A DNA stretch of 58,357 nt, filler included, from Sphacelaria rigidula (Eukaryota), in the NCBI GenBank assembly GCA_964200075.2. It is 9 parts of 9 records of this genome, joined end to end, with 100 filler letters (N's around TTAATTAATTAA, not from the genome) between each part and the next. Parts side by side here need not be neighbours in the genome. Positions count along the whole stretch, not along the records: positions 45,470 to 51,863 come from CAXNAA020020341.1; positions 51,964 to 58,357 come from CAXNAA020020342.1; 7 more parts are not named here. One strand, written 5' to 3'. The position numbers and the translations under genes were made by a program. Within the stretch, counting starts at the first letter, position 1, and each line of letters starts with the position of its first letter. Shown here in pieces: positions 47,785-58,357 of the stretch. The notes below the pieces were generated by a model, which was given only the letters and a program-made list of their open reading frames with translations, did not search any database and was not told the origin of the DNA.

Positions 47785-48767
47785 CATTACAACGGCATCA
47801 TCAATCACACTGTGATACTCGAACGAAGCAAAATCGAGATGCTCGCTCGCTAGACGCGTACCGTAGCCTCTGGTAAAAACTCATCTCGTTCTCCCCCGAC
47901 AACCGGAAAATGATTCCGGGACACAAGTAGATTCTAGGAAAGGCAGACGTGAGCTTGGGAAGTAATCCCGTGGAGATATGAAAGCGGGCATCACAGAAAT
48001 TGAGGGCTGTTCGGCATCTCGATCACCTCTTGGGTCTTCATACAGGATGACTAAACTACACCCTAACGCTAACGCTGACGCTGACGCTAACCCTAACCTC
48101 ATCGAGGCAGACCGTGAACTCTCGAGCATGAAGGCCAATGCCGTTATTTCTCAGACAAGCGCCTGCGGCACCAAAATGCCCCCTGAATTCCACCTAATGG
48201 GTCTGAATAAAAGTCAAGTAAAAGCCGCATGGAGACCCTAAATACCCCCGACATGGTGAAATTTACACTCAGAAATTCAATTCAATCCGCAGTCACCGGT
48301 GGAACACTGTTGTGTTCCCAACAACCAGAAAAAAAAACATTCTGGGAGAAATCAGACTTGAGCCCAGGGAGTAGTTCCAGGAAAATGTGGAGGCGGGTAT
48401 TTTTGGGCAAAACGACAGAGCGGTGACCTGTCGGGGGTCGAGATAATCGAGATGGTGGGCTCGCAGAGCCTCAGAGCCCCAGATGAAAAAAATGATGCGA
48501 TTTGGGGCCACATGTAATTAATTTTTTATTCTAACAGCACTGCTAATGGACGAAATGTTTTCGCACTCTGCCTTGGAGCTCCAGGCAAGGAAGCCGCAAG
48601 AAAAAAAATATTCTTCATCGGTGAATCGTCCTTCTTCTCCCCTCCCCTCCCCTCCGGATAAGGGGTAGTAGTTTGGGTGCGAGATTAGTGGCACAAACCA
48701 GGAATCGAATTAGAGTTTCGTGGTGAAGGGATTGGTAAAAGTGCGGTAGAGTTTGTACGGGACGCTT

Positions 48768-48802
<35 letters not shown>

Positions 48803-49544
48803 TGTGTGTTGATGTCAAAATTCTGTGCAACGAAATATTGAATAATTTATCTGATGTTCTCCTCGTCTTAAATGATTCGTGCGTTGCAGCTTCCATTTTG
48901 AGATCTGTGCGATCAATTTTGTAATCGTCTCATGGCAAAACAATCTTGCAGAGTAACAAGAACGGCGTTACCCAGCAACAACGTTAAGACTGAGAACATT
49001 AATCGGTACATGATTCCCCTCCCCTCCCCCCTCCCCACCCTACACCTGGCGCGGCGAAAACCCGACATTCTCCGTCCTGGCTTTGTAGGGGCGGACCCCC
49101 CTATGGGTTTCGCTTCGGCCGGCGATGACGCTGTATAACACACCACTCACTGCGTGAGCTAGGCAACCAGGTTCTCTCTTTTTTTTCGCGCGTTTTTTTT
49201 TTTCCGCGGTAACCATGATGGTGGTCGAGCTAGATCATGTTGTGCGTAGCGGAAGAACCTCAACTCCGCGCAAAGAGGATGGTCGTTCTACGTGGTGTTT
49301 TTACAGTGAGACACCCATGAGGCAGTGTAGAGTAACGCGCGGCTGTCTCTGGAAGTGGCGATACCGGAAAATGAAGTATTTCACTGTAGGCTGTCATCCG
49401 AATACAAGATAATAAGTACGCTCCTGGCCGAACAATTTTGGCAGGATATAGCGCACCCTTCATGCGACTCGCCGCAAACACCACGGCGTTTTGCGCTTGG
49501 TGACTGATTGCGAGCCTGGTCCGGTGAAAACCCGGCGTGCTTCG

Positions 49545-49685
49545 TCCCGGCTTCGTAGAGATGCAAGGCCAATGGTCATATGACTACGGCATGCATGATC
49601 TTGAAAACACCCCATACCCTCCCCCTCAATGGTCATATGACTTGGGCACGCACGGTCATGAGCACCCCCCCCCTCCCCTTCCCCC
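49545..49685 (+). repeat. Two tandem subfamily-B retroelement 3' ends, each followed by a C-rich tract
   Basis: CAATGGTCATATGACT...CATG..(C)n occurs twice. Confidence 0.65.
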
Positions 49686-50388
49686 GCCTCCTTCCCTCCC
49701 TCTTTTCATTGCATTTTGTTAGGTGCTACAAGTCTTACATAATCAACGCACCACGGGCTTTTACGGCTCTCTGGCGCGTTATTTCTCCTATGCTCGATCC
49801 GCGGTGAGCATGTTGTCTGTGTCTGTGTCTGTGTGGTTGGGGGGGGGGGGTGATACCGGAGAGTGTCAGCTCTGACAATTTCACTGGTTCTTTTGTTTTT
49901 TTTAAGTTTCATCTCTTGTGGCCTTGTTTGTCCTTGCCTGCAGTTATATCCTGGCTGGGGGACTGGTGGCGTGATACCTCCAGGGAGAGAGGTGGCCCAC
50001 TATGTATGTCTCCTTAGCTCCTCTCGTCACCTGAGTGCTGGATTTTTTTTCCTTATATAGTATGTTGCGGGTTCTTGTGCGTTTGTCGATATTTCATGTA
50101 CCCCGGTAGATGTACACTACACTACTTTCCAAAAGTACTCTTCTCCTGTAGATCCCCTGTCGCTTCTCGTGTCTGCCGGTTGCTCGGGTTCCTTCCCGCA
50201 CACCCGAATTTTCCTCATTTTTTTATGGCGAGTGAAGGTACCATCTAGCTGTGCAGCTCGTCTCTACAGGCAAGTACCTTCCGGTAGGAGGATGTACCCC
50301 TTGAACGGTCCGCTAGGGGTAACTGTACGCTAGGGGTAACTGTACGCAGTACGTAGCCTCGCTGGTTTCGGTCGCTTGTCGGACGTTA

Positions 50389-50390
<2 letters not shown>

Positions 50391-50458
<68 letters not shown>

Positions 50459-50479
50459 ATTATTATTATTATTATTATT
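50391..50479. repeat. Compound microsatellite (TTG)n(TTA)n
   Basis: Direct inspection. Confidence 0.95.
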
Positions 50480-51026
50480 AATATTTATCTTCGAATTGCT
50501 ATGGGTCGATGGCAGCGAGCGAGAGGAGAGTAGTTTTTTATCCATGCGTGTGGTTGCCGATGAATCTTTCCTCTTTAACCCCGCGTGTAAATAAACGGGC
50601 TGACGCAGTGGTTACAGAAAAAAAGTTTCACGGTTAGGACAAATAAAATCGTGAGTCATCTCATGTTCGTCATTTCGACCATTAAATTATACGGGTCATA
50701 CATCATTTGTAATTCATGCAGGTTTTGAGCTCTTGTGTCGTGCAGTACACCGTCAACGGCACCTGTTTCCTACCCTTAGATTCATAGGCGGTAGGTCGTG
50801 AACACATGTTGACCCCCTGTAGAAAAATGCGGAATGGATCGGTTGTGCATGCCACCCACACTTACCATGAGGCATGAATGGCATCTACATCTATGTCATG
50901 CGCATGTCTCCGTGCGGGACGAAGAGCCGGCACATCGTTGAATCCTGTCATGACATGGGTTTTGCATCGGTCGTACTTTTCTCCCAATTGTACAGGCTGG
51001 GCCGCCTAAGACGCGGACAGGGATGT

Positions 51027-51685
51027 GAACACGCGATTTAGTAGCTGAATTTCAGATCGTTTTCTGTGAAATTTTCACACGATTTACAGGATGTATGTGC
51101 GAAGACGCAACCTTTTCCACCGTACATTTTTTCTTTTTCTGTTTGGAGTTATTCACGATTTTGTTCCGAAAAAACTGTTGTGGAATGTTTGGTCGCCGAT
51201 TACTCACGGAGAAAAAACAAAAATGTAGAGTGGAAAAAGTGGCGTCTTTGCACATACATCCTGTATATCGTGCCAAAATTTCATAGAAAACGACCAGAAA
51301 TTAGGTTGCTAAATCGCGTGTTCGTGTTCGAGACTGGTTCCTATGTGGAGATGGACGAGCCACGAAAAAGTGAAACGCGGTTAGGCTGTTCAATTTCGAG
51401 TATTTTTTCACGAAATTCCGACACGATGCGCATGTGATATGTGGTGAAGTCCCTATTGTCCCCCCTTGACGTTTTTCTTTTTTTCAATGAGCTGTCGACG
51501 CTTTTGTACCCGGAAAAAATGTTCCGAAATTTAGATCACCAATAACTCACGAGGCGAAAATAAAATAAAAGACGGGGAAATGGTTGAGGCTTGACATATA
51601 CCTAATGTATATCGTGTCAAATTTCATGCAAAACGACTTGAAATTGAGCAGTGAAATCGCGTTTTTCTGTCGAGAACCGGTTCAC
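51027..51685. repeat. Fold-back element: ~300-bp imperfect palindrome (51027-51323) plus a diverged direct copy of the right arm (~51510-51685)
   Basis: GAACACGCGATTTAG...CAGGATGTATGTGCGAAGACGC pairs with GCGTCTTTGCACATACATCCTG...CTAAATCGCGTGTTC. Confidence 0.7.
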
Positions 51686-51863
51686 TTGCTTTTAGAGTAC
51701 AACAACGTCAGCCCGAACTTTGACGTTTCCTACAAGCCCGACGCCTTGGGGCGCTGGAGGCGTGCCACCTCAGACCCTGCGCGCGTACAGTACGACATGA
51801 AATGTTGTACAACCACAACTAGTGCAGCACCATCACTTTGCGGCCGCGGCACAACCGACTGTA

Positions 51864-51963
51864 NNNNNNNNNNNNNNNNNNNNNNNNNNNNNNNNNNNNN
51901 NNNNNNNTTAATTAATTAANNNNNNNNNNNNNNNNNNNNNNNNNNNNNNNNNNNNNNNNNNNN
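51864..51963. other. Artificial contig linker
   Basis: N44-TTAATTAATTAA-N44. Confidence 0.97.
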
Positions 51964-53084
51964 ACTGGAGGAAAATCTACTCAGGGATGGACACAGAAGC
52001 ACCAGGCTATATCGGGCTCGGCCGTGTATCTTGCACAGATATAACGCGACACGATATCATGTATTCAGCACATGTCGACTTTTTGGTGCTGTGTCGAGAC
52101 CTTCAAAGGTACACATGGGCGCGGTAGTGCACCTTCTTCGCTACTTGGCAGGAACCACTGACCCCGCCATAGGCTACGAGAAAGACGATTTCAAGCTCCC
52201 TAGTCTCTCGGATTGCAACTGGGGCAACACCCCGGACAACGGGAAGTCCACATCGTGTTGTATCGTAGTAATGTGCACGGCATCGGTAAGCTTCAAGTCA
52301 GGAGTGCAAATCCTACGGGGCATGTCGACGATGGAAACGGAGCTGGTGGCCTTAGCACTGGCAATAAAGGAATCTGTCTTCCGCCCTTGAGCTCGTGACA
52401 AGAAAATATATCTATTCATCACTCATGAACAGAAGATGAACTCGCCATCAGTACAAAGCTCTTCAGCAAACAACGTCCTCAGGTTCTGCTTAACATGACC
52501 AGGACCCACTGCGAATAAAATCAAGGTCCATACTATGAATGTGTGCATTGTTTGTGTGGATTAAATTGTGCTATTTTGTGTACTAATACCTTGGTAGTCA
52601 ATACTCAGATTCGCATTGCTGAGTCGAAAAGCTGTGTAGCATTGAAGGTAGTAGTCTGTCAAAACTCCTATAGTTGTTATCTTAGCTTCAAGACTCTGGT
52701 GAATGTACAGGTGAATTAGCGGTGAACGCATCACTTGAGTTTTTTTTCGTTCAAGTAACGTATTTCATGTCGTTAGTCAACGTATCACTGCTACTCTTTC
52801 TGAGGGGAGTATGGGGAACATTTCTATGCGCTGTTCATGTAGTATGCTCGAGGTCACTGCCCCTACCATACTTTGAATGGTGCTGTCTCTGTACCTGGAT
52901 CTTCCGTCGCGTTTGTGAGTACGTTTGTCCTGGCCGCAATTGCCTTGTTGAAACGTTGAACCATCCTCTGTAACACTGAAACACTTCTGTTCTTCTTCTG
53001 CTGCTACACGCTCTACAAGCCATCGTTACCGACTGACAACGGTCGCCGTCATTCTCTGCCACATCAGAGTGGATACATGCAACA
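51964..53084 (+). mobile_element. Ty1/Copia LTR retrotransposon 3' remnant: RT/RNase H, PPT and 3' LTR
   Basis: 'SRPSKVHMGAVVHLLRYLAGT...SDCNWGNTPDNGKSTS...VSFKSGVQ...STMETELVALALAIKE' is Copia RT/RNase H. A purine tract GAGGGGAGTA (52802-52811) precedes a TG...CA segment at 52812-53084. Confidence 0.85.
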
Positions 53085-54556
53085 AAATTCATCGTGGGAT
53101 ATGAGGCTTGACTACCGCACGTGCCTAGCCGAGAGAACTCTGGCGCGAGCGAAGTTGTGGGCATCAGGGGTCGCTTATCCGTCAGACTTGCGCGATCGTC
53201 AGGGATGGCAGGAGGACTCGGCGAGCGAGCGAAGTATGGGTCTAATGCCCCGGATATGCCGCCAGTTCTGGGCGAGGCCCCTTGCCCTGCTGTGACCAGC
53301 TAACGATAACTTGCATCGTTGGAGATCCGACACAGATTAAATGGGTAGGACAGAAACAGGTCCGTCATGTGTTCAGTCTGTGTGTATGTCCAACGATGCA
53401 AGTTATCAATGGCGGGTCGCAGCAGGGCAAGGGTCCCCATCCAGAGCTGGCGGCATATCTGGGGGGGCATTGGACCCAATTTTTAGCAACTTCAAGCCTC
53501 AACTGGGGGTAATATTTTTGACCATCGCATTTGGTGAAAGAGTCAAGAGTGTGGTTCCGAGATGGGGAGGATGATTCTGTCATGTCTACACGCAAGACGC
53601 CTAGTCCAAAAATAATCACGCTATCAAGGCCAGAGTACGTGAAAACTCGACGCGCAAGAACAATCCTGAACGATGTTGGCGCTACACGTTTCGTTCAGGC
53701 TTCGTTTAGATTACAGCCCGCAAGCTCACAACCCACAGATTGCAGTTTGGAGACTCACCACTCACGTCTGACTGGCACGTATCGGTGACCACCTAGACCT
53801 CTGTGCTCCACGAAAGGACGGCATGACCTACCGCAGATGATTAATTTATGGTGCTGTGGCGTCAGAGTAGCCAACTTCGGCCTCGTCCTGCAGGCACACG
53901 GGTCAGGTGTACTACTCGGACTTGCCGCCCATCTTTCAGTGCAGAGCGATTATCTGCTCGGTACTTGCAGTTACTGGAATGTGTTTTTGAAGCAGCGAGT
54001 GCTTTCCAGTGTTGTTGGATCCCCAGCCTTCTCACACACCAGAAGACGTCTTGGACAGATTTAGCCTCGCGGGAAGTACGCGCAGCCTTGAACGTCAGTA
54101 TTATAACACCGGGCTGCAGCCAAAACTGCCCCTAGCCAAGTCATATCCTTTGCCTGCTATCGTGCTGAGACGGCGCGCAGCACGCGGAAGATGTCTTGGA
54201 CAATCTACCTCTCGCGAGAACTACGCGTGTGCCAAGACGATTTTGACTGCAGTTGCACACGCGGAGTAGCACGGACGGTACTCGGGACGCGGAACTAATA
54301 TTCATGTGCACAACTCTACTCGCCGATCATTATTTCCGCTCCCAAATGCTTTAACATCAGCGGTACCGTACCGGGTGTGCGGCCATGAACTCCAGGTGAT
54401 GAGTCCGGGCACAAAACGCAGGTGGAGTGGCTCATTGTAGACTCCCAGCCGAACCCTCAGTTTCTGAACTACAGTTGTTCGCACGTAGGCCGCACAATGG
54501 TAGCGCTGCACGAAATTATTTAGACACCGCGCTCGAGGCACATAATCTATCATGTA

Positions 54557-54810
54557 TGTTGTTGTGTGTATCTACTCTGATGTAGCAGAGGCTGACGCCG
54601 ACCGTCGTTAGTCGGTTATAGAGCTTGTAGCAGCAGGAGAAGTACAGTAGTACTACAGTATTACAGACCATAGTTCAGTGTTTTGACACAACGCTCACGG
54701 CCGACATAGCCTGATACTCGCAAAGACTGCTGGTAGCCCAGGTATAGTGAAGCCTTATCCAAGTGATGGTTAGGGTAGGTGAATTACCTAAAAATACGCT
54801 ACTTCCCCCC
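54557..54810 (-). mobile_element. Second, diverged copy of the Copia-type LTR in inverted orientation
   Basis: Reverse complement matches 52850-53084 (CTGCTGCTACA.GCTCTA...ACCGACT.AC.ACGGTCG.CGTCA..CTCTGC.ACATCAGAGT.GATACA). A PPT-like GGGGGAAGTA lies at about 54800-54810 on the minus strand. Confidence 0.7.
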
Positions 54811-56602
54811 ATTACGTGACATACCAACCGACATATATCATACCGACGACATGTACTACTGCTATGAAGAATACATTAACAACTAGGCTCTAGCTTCACA
54901 TGCGCGCTTGAAGTTCAGCCTAACGTATTTTTTGGGGGCTTGGAATGAGCTTTTTTTGAGGAGCTCAAAATGAGCTGTAAGCTTGTGAAAAGCGCCGAAT
55001 ATGCTTGAAACGCGCATTATGTTGCGATACTTTGGTATGTACCTGTTGCAGCCACTGAACGAAAGAGGTAGCGTTTGCTCCCTCGAACATTTGTAGCAAC
55101 TGCCTGAAGTCCCCCCTACGGCCTATTGCGTGACTCGTCTCTAGACCGGCTTCAATACTTTAACCTGTCGCGGTTGCGGGTCTGATCAGAAGAGCGCTCC
55201 GCTGTAGATTTCACATTTTTTATACTAGGTTGAATTGAAAAACGCACAATTTTTTGTACAAAAGTTGTACATGGGGCCATGGGGCCCATTGTATAGTGTA
55301 CCACGTACAACGTACAGCGGTTGGGAGGGATAATCAGTGAAAGCAGCAGCGAGAAGTGACTACAAGTGATGACAAGTGACTTCACTATGGCAGAGCCGGA
55401 AGAGGTTGAGGTGACAGGTGCGGACTTCTAAGCCTCTGCCGTGTGACGCTGCAGAGGCTGTGGACCTCGAGGCCCAAACGGCAGAAGAAAAAAAGCTCGG
55501 GCCATGTTCGCGTGATATCAACGAATCGTCTCTCCCATGAGGAAAAACAGCAGCAGCAGTATCGGCACCGGCTAATTCATACCCACCCCCAGCCGCGTAA
55601 ATCTGCGGGCAGTAAAGACACTGCTGATGCAGCTGCTATTGCTTCTTCTCGTGCGGAAGGCGGTCCGCGTTTCGACCTGCGGCAATATCCATACCCCGTT
55701 GCGTGTGATTGCCGCCCTGCTTGAAGTCGCTAATCTGTTCGCGTGCTGTTTTACCGTCCCGGTATCACCTGTTTTCTACTCTAGATTGGAACGGCGCGTG
55801 ATTTCTCGTGAAAATGAAGCTGTGAACCGTCACGTCACTCATCACTTTCTCGAAAGAACATCATTTTCGTTGTTTCGTCAAAACACCACCTATACCTATA
55901 TACATGATAACGGCGAACGCTGCACCCGCTCTGAACTTTTATTGAACGTGGTATATAAAAACTCACCGGATCCACGAGGAACGTATCTCCCTACCCGCTC
56001 CATATTTATACTGAAATTAGTATATGTCACCGGGCTCACAACAGACTACCTCTCTGCACCCGCTCAATTTTTGGTGCTGTGCTAACCCTTATAGAAAATG
56101 ACGACGTGCATGAAATTCGACGGGGCTCGCGACGCGGGGCCATCGTTGCCTTGCGCGTTGCCCGTGCCCTCGCCCAAGCGCTCGCTTCAGGTTGGTGCAC
56201 GTTGATGATGTCAATGGGTTTCGACGACGAAAACTGCCATGACACGAGGATCGACCCCCACGGGCTGTTTGTCCGAAACGAGGAATTTCACGCTAACACC
56301 AACACATAATCCATTCAACAATAATCGATTGAGCGATGCTCATCGAGGACCGTAAACTTTCACAATAGTGCCGTAGTAGTTGAAATGGAATGTAACACGA
56401 ACCACGCGGACTGGACCCCTGGGACGGCCGTTCTACCAAACAGTCATCTCCCGAGGTGGGTGCGGGGGGTCTCGTACACAACAATAATTCGAGCATCGAT
56501 TTCGTGAACGCCTCCTCACGATAATTGCTGAGCGCTCATTCACCCTAAAAATCTTACATATGTACGTTTAATGATAAGTAACAACGCTTGTCCTGTCGAC
56601 AG

Positions 56603-57907
56603 GTTTAACCAGGTGCAGCACCGAGTAAGAACAACGGCGCCCGACTGCACCGCACTCCCTCCCATCGTCTCCCTCGACCTATTCTCTCCGGTCACTATCC
56701 CCCTTCCTCCGGTAGCAGCCTCACCGTCTGCTGCTCCCCGCGCCGCAGCCGCATTGCCACCGATTCCTAAGGGTGGCAGTGATGGAAGTGGTGGTGGTGG
56801 GGATGGTGTTGGCGCGGAGAAACATGACAAGAATAAAAAGGGTGAGGGGAAAGGTGCGTAGTTCACGTGCATGTGAGTGGTGGGTGAGCTGTGGCGCACG
56901 GGGTGGTGTACAATGTATATGTGTAGTCAGAGTCCATGTATATATTTTTGTTTCTTGTTGCATTTCCTTTCAAGTTTTTTTATTCGCTGTTCTTGGATTT
57001 TTTTTTTTTTCCTGCGTTATTGAAGGTATCTCAAAATCGGCTCCCGGTTTCCTGGTTTGTTTTGTTCTATTTTTTTCAATTGAAAGCGACGGCGACTTAT
57101 CAGATGACGAGACCCTTTCACCGCCAGGTTAGGTCCTCTTATGAATCGCCATCACCTTCACTTGAAAAAAACAGTACAAAACCCAGAGCCGGCGAATAAA
57201 GTAGGAAACCGGGAACCGAGTTTGAGATACCCCCATCAATATTATTGTTTTTTCTTTTTCGGGGATATTTCAGTGATAAATCAAATCCGATCTAGTTTCC
57301 TCGATGGCTTGTGGTACGATTGCAACAGGTGCTGACAACGTTCAAAGGTGATTCCTCGACGAACACATGTGGGAATTTTTCCCTTTTATGTTGTGGTGGT
57401 CCCCACTATATATTTATATATATATATTCATATAATACACATTAGAGAGTTTCGGAGAACGCTTTTTGGTCGTTTCAGAGTTCAAATCTCTCAGGATCAG
57501 AGTGAAACGAAGAACGTTTTCCCCCTCCGTCAAATGTGGTATCCGCGTTACATTTTTCGATTAGGTGCTTTTTATCCTTTTGCACCCTGAGTCTGAGATA
57601 TTTGCAGTCTGAAATTGAAATGCAAATAAAACTTTTCCCGAAACTCTCCATTGTCCTATTTCATATGTGTGTACGATGTGCAATACCCGTCTTGTCGCAA
57701 CCAAAAGTAGACAAAGGTAAGGTTGCCGCGCCGAGCAAGGGTAAATCGAAGGCGTCAGGAGCTCCGGCGCCTGCACCTGCTCCTGCTGCGGCTGTTTCGG
57801 AGGAGGGGGATCCATCCAAGCTGGATATGCGAGTTGGGGTTATTGTCAAGGCGTGGGAGCATCCCGACTCGGACAAGCTGTTCTGCGAAGAGATCGATCT
57901 TGGAGAG
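56603..57907 (+). CDS. AIMP1/Arc1p-like tRNA-binding (EMAP II/Trbp OB-fold) protein, partial (exons ~56603-56853, ~57708-57907; candidate first exon 55387-55417)
   Basis: 'FNQVQH' (end of a GST-like module), a Lys/Ala/Pro linker, then 'DPSKLDMRVGVIVKAWEHPDSDKLFCEEIDLGE|GT', the start of a tRNA_bind domain. It could instead be the C-terminal extension of MetRS or TyrRS. Confidence 0.82.
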
Positions 57908-58042
57908 GTGCGCGGGACGGTTGGTCCGATGATGGTGACTGGGTTGCATCCACCGTGGAGGGATGTTTGTCTGAGGCGTTTCACGGGCTACCCAAGCTTT
58001 CTCTTGATTATCATTGAACCGAGCACACCCCTCACATGACTG

Positions 58043-58357
58043 CAAGTAAAAAAACATTTTCGCATGACAATATCTGAAGCGGGCACAAGTGACACATGAC
58101 TGTTCTTGAGACGGACGGCAAGTAAAAAAACATTTTCGCATGACCATATCTGAAGCGGGCACAAGTGACACATGACTGTTCTTGAGACGGACGGCAAGTA
58201 AAAAAACATTTTCGCATGACCATATCTAAAGCGGGCACAAGTGACACATGACTGTTCTTGAGACGGACGGCAAAAAAAAAACATTTTCGCATGACCATAT
58301 CTAAAGCGGGCACAAGTGACACATGACTGTTCTTGAGACGGACGGCAAAAAAAAAAA
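58043..58357. repeat. Intronic minisatellite, 76-bp unit, more than 4 copies, running off the contig end
   Basis: Near-identical units start at 58043, 58119, 58195, 58271 and 58346. Confidence 0.95.

Noticed and set aside
48061..48097. Telomere or telomere-targeting element (CCCTAA-like hexamers)
   Set aside because: Only about six degenerate internal units, with no supporting RT or terminal position.
50330..50594. Poly-Asn and poly-Leu ORFs
   Set aside because: They are translations of the (TTG)n(TTA)n microsatellite.
6397..51963. TTAATTAATTAA recurring every ~6.5 kb
   Set aside because: It is always centred in 44+44 Ns, and contig lengths fall monotonically from 6396 to 6394. This is an assembly linker, not a biological periodic repeat.
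1..58357. JmjC, USP, RCC1 and tRNA-binding genes as a functional cluster or novel system
   Set aside because: Each lies on a separate contig ordered only by size, so there is no real linkage.
58043..58357. CRISPR-like array
   Set aside because: Whole units are near-identical with no unique spacers, there are no cas genes, and it lies in a eukaryotic intron.

Overview
This is eukaryotic DNA, most likely from a brown alga or related stramenopile. That assignment is an inference from the short exons, kb-long repeat-filled GT-AG introns and protein style. The window is not one locus: it is nine unplaced contigs of 6396-6394 bp, sorted by size and joined by artificial 100-bp linkers (N44-TTAATTAATTAA-N44), so adjacency across linkers means nothing. 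Partial spliced genes that can be rebuilt with consistent intron phases: a GORAB/RAB6-interacting-golgin-like coiled-coil protein, a JmjC dioxygenase, the C-terminus of a ubiquitin-specific protease, an RCC1-repeat protein, an AIMP1/Arc1p-like tRNA-binding protein, and the first exon of a probable type II membrane protein. Much of the rest is transposon debris: a DIRS-type retroelement, Copia RT/RNase H plus LTRs, a deleted pogo element, hAT and PIF/Harbinger MITEs (one nested in another), a probable piggyBac relic, several SINE-like families, and a non-LTR family whose 3' ends abut poly(C). I see no prokaryote-type system, CRISPR array or intact RNA gene. The most notable signals are the poly(C)-tailed or G/C-tract-targeting retroelement family and a USP with Ser at the third catalytic-triad position.
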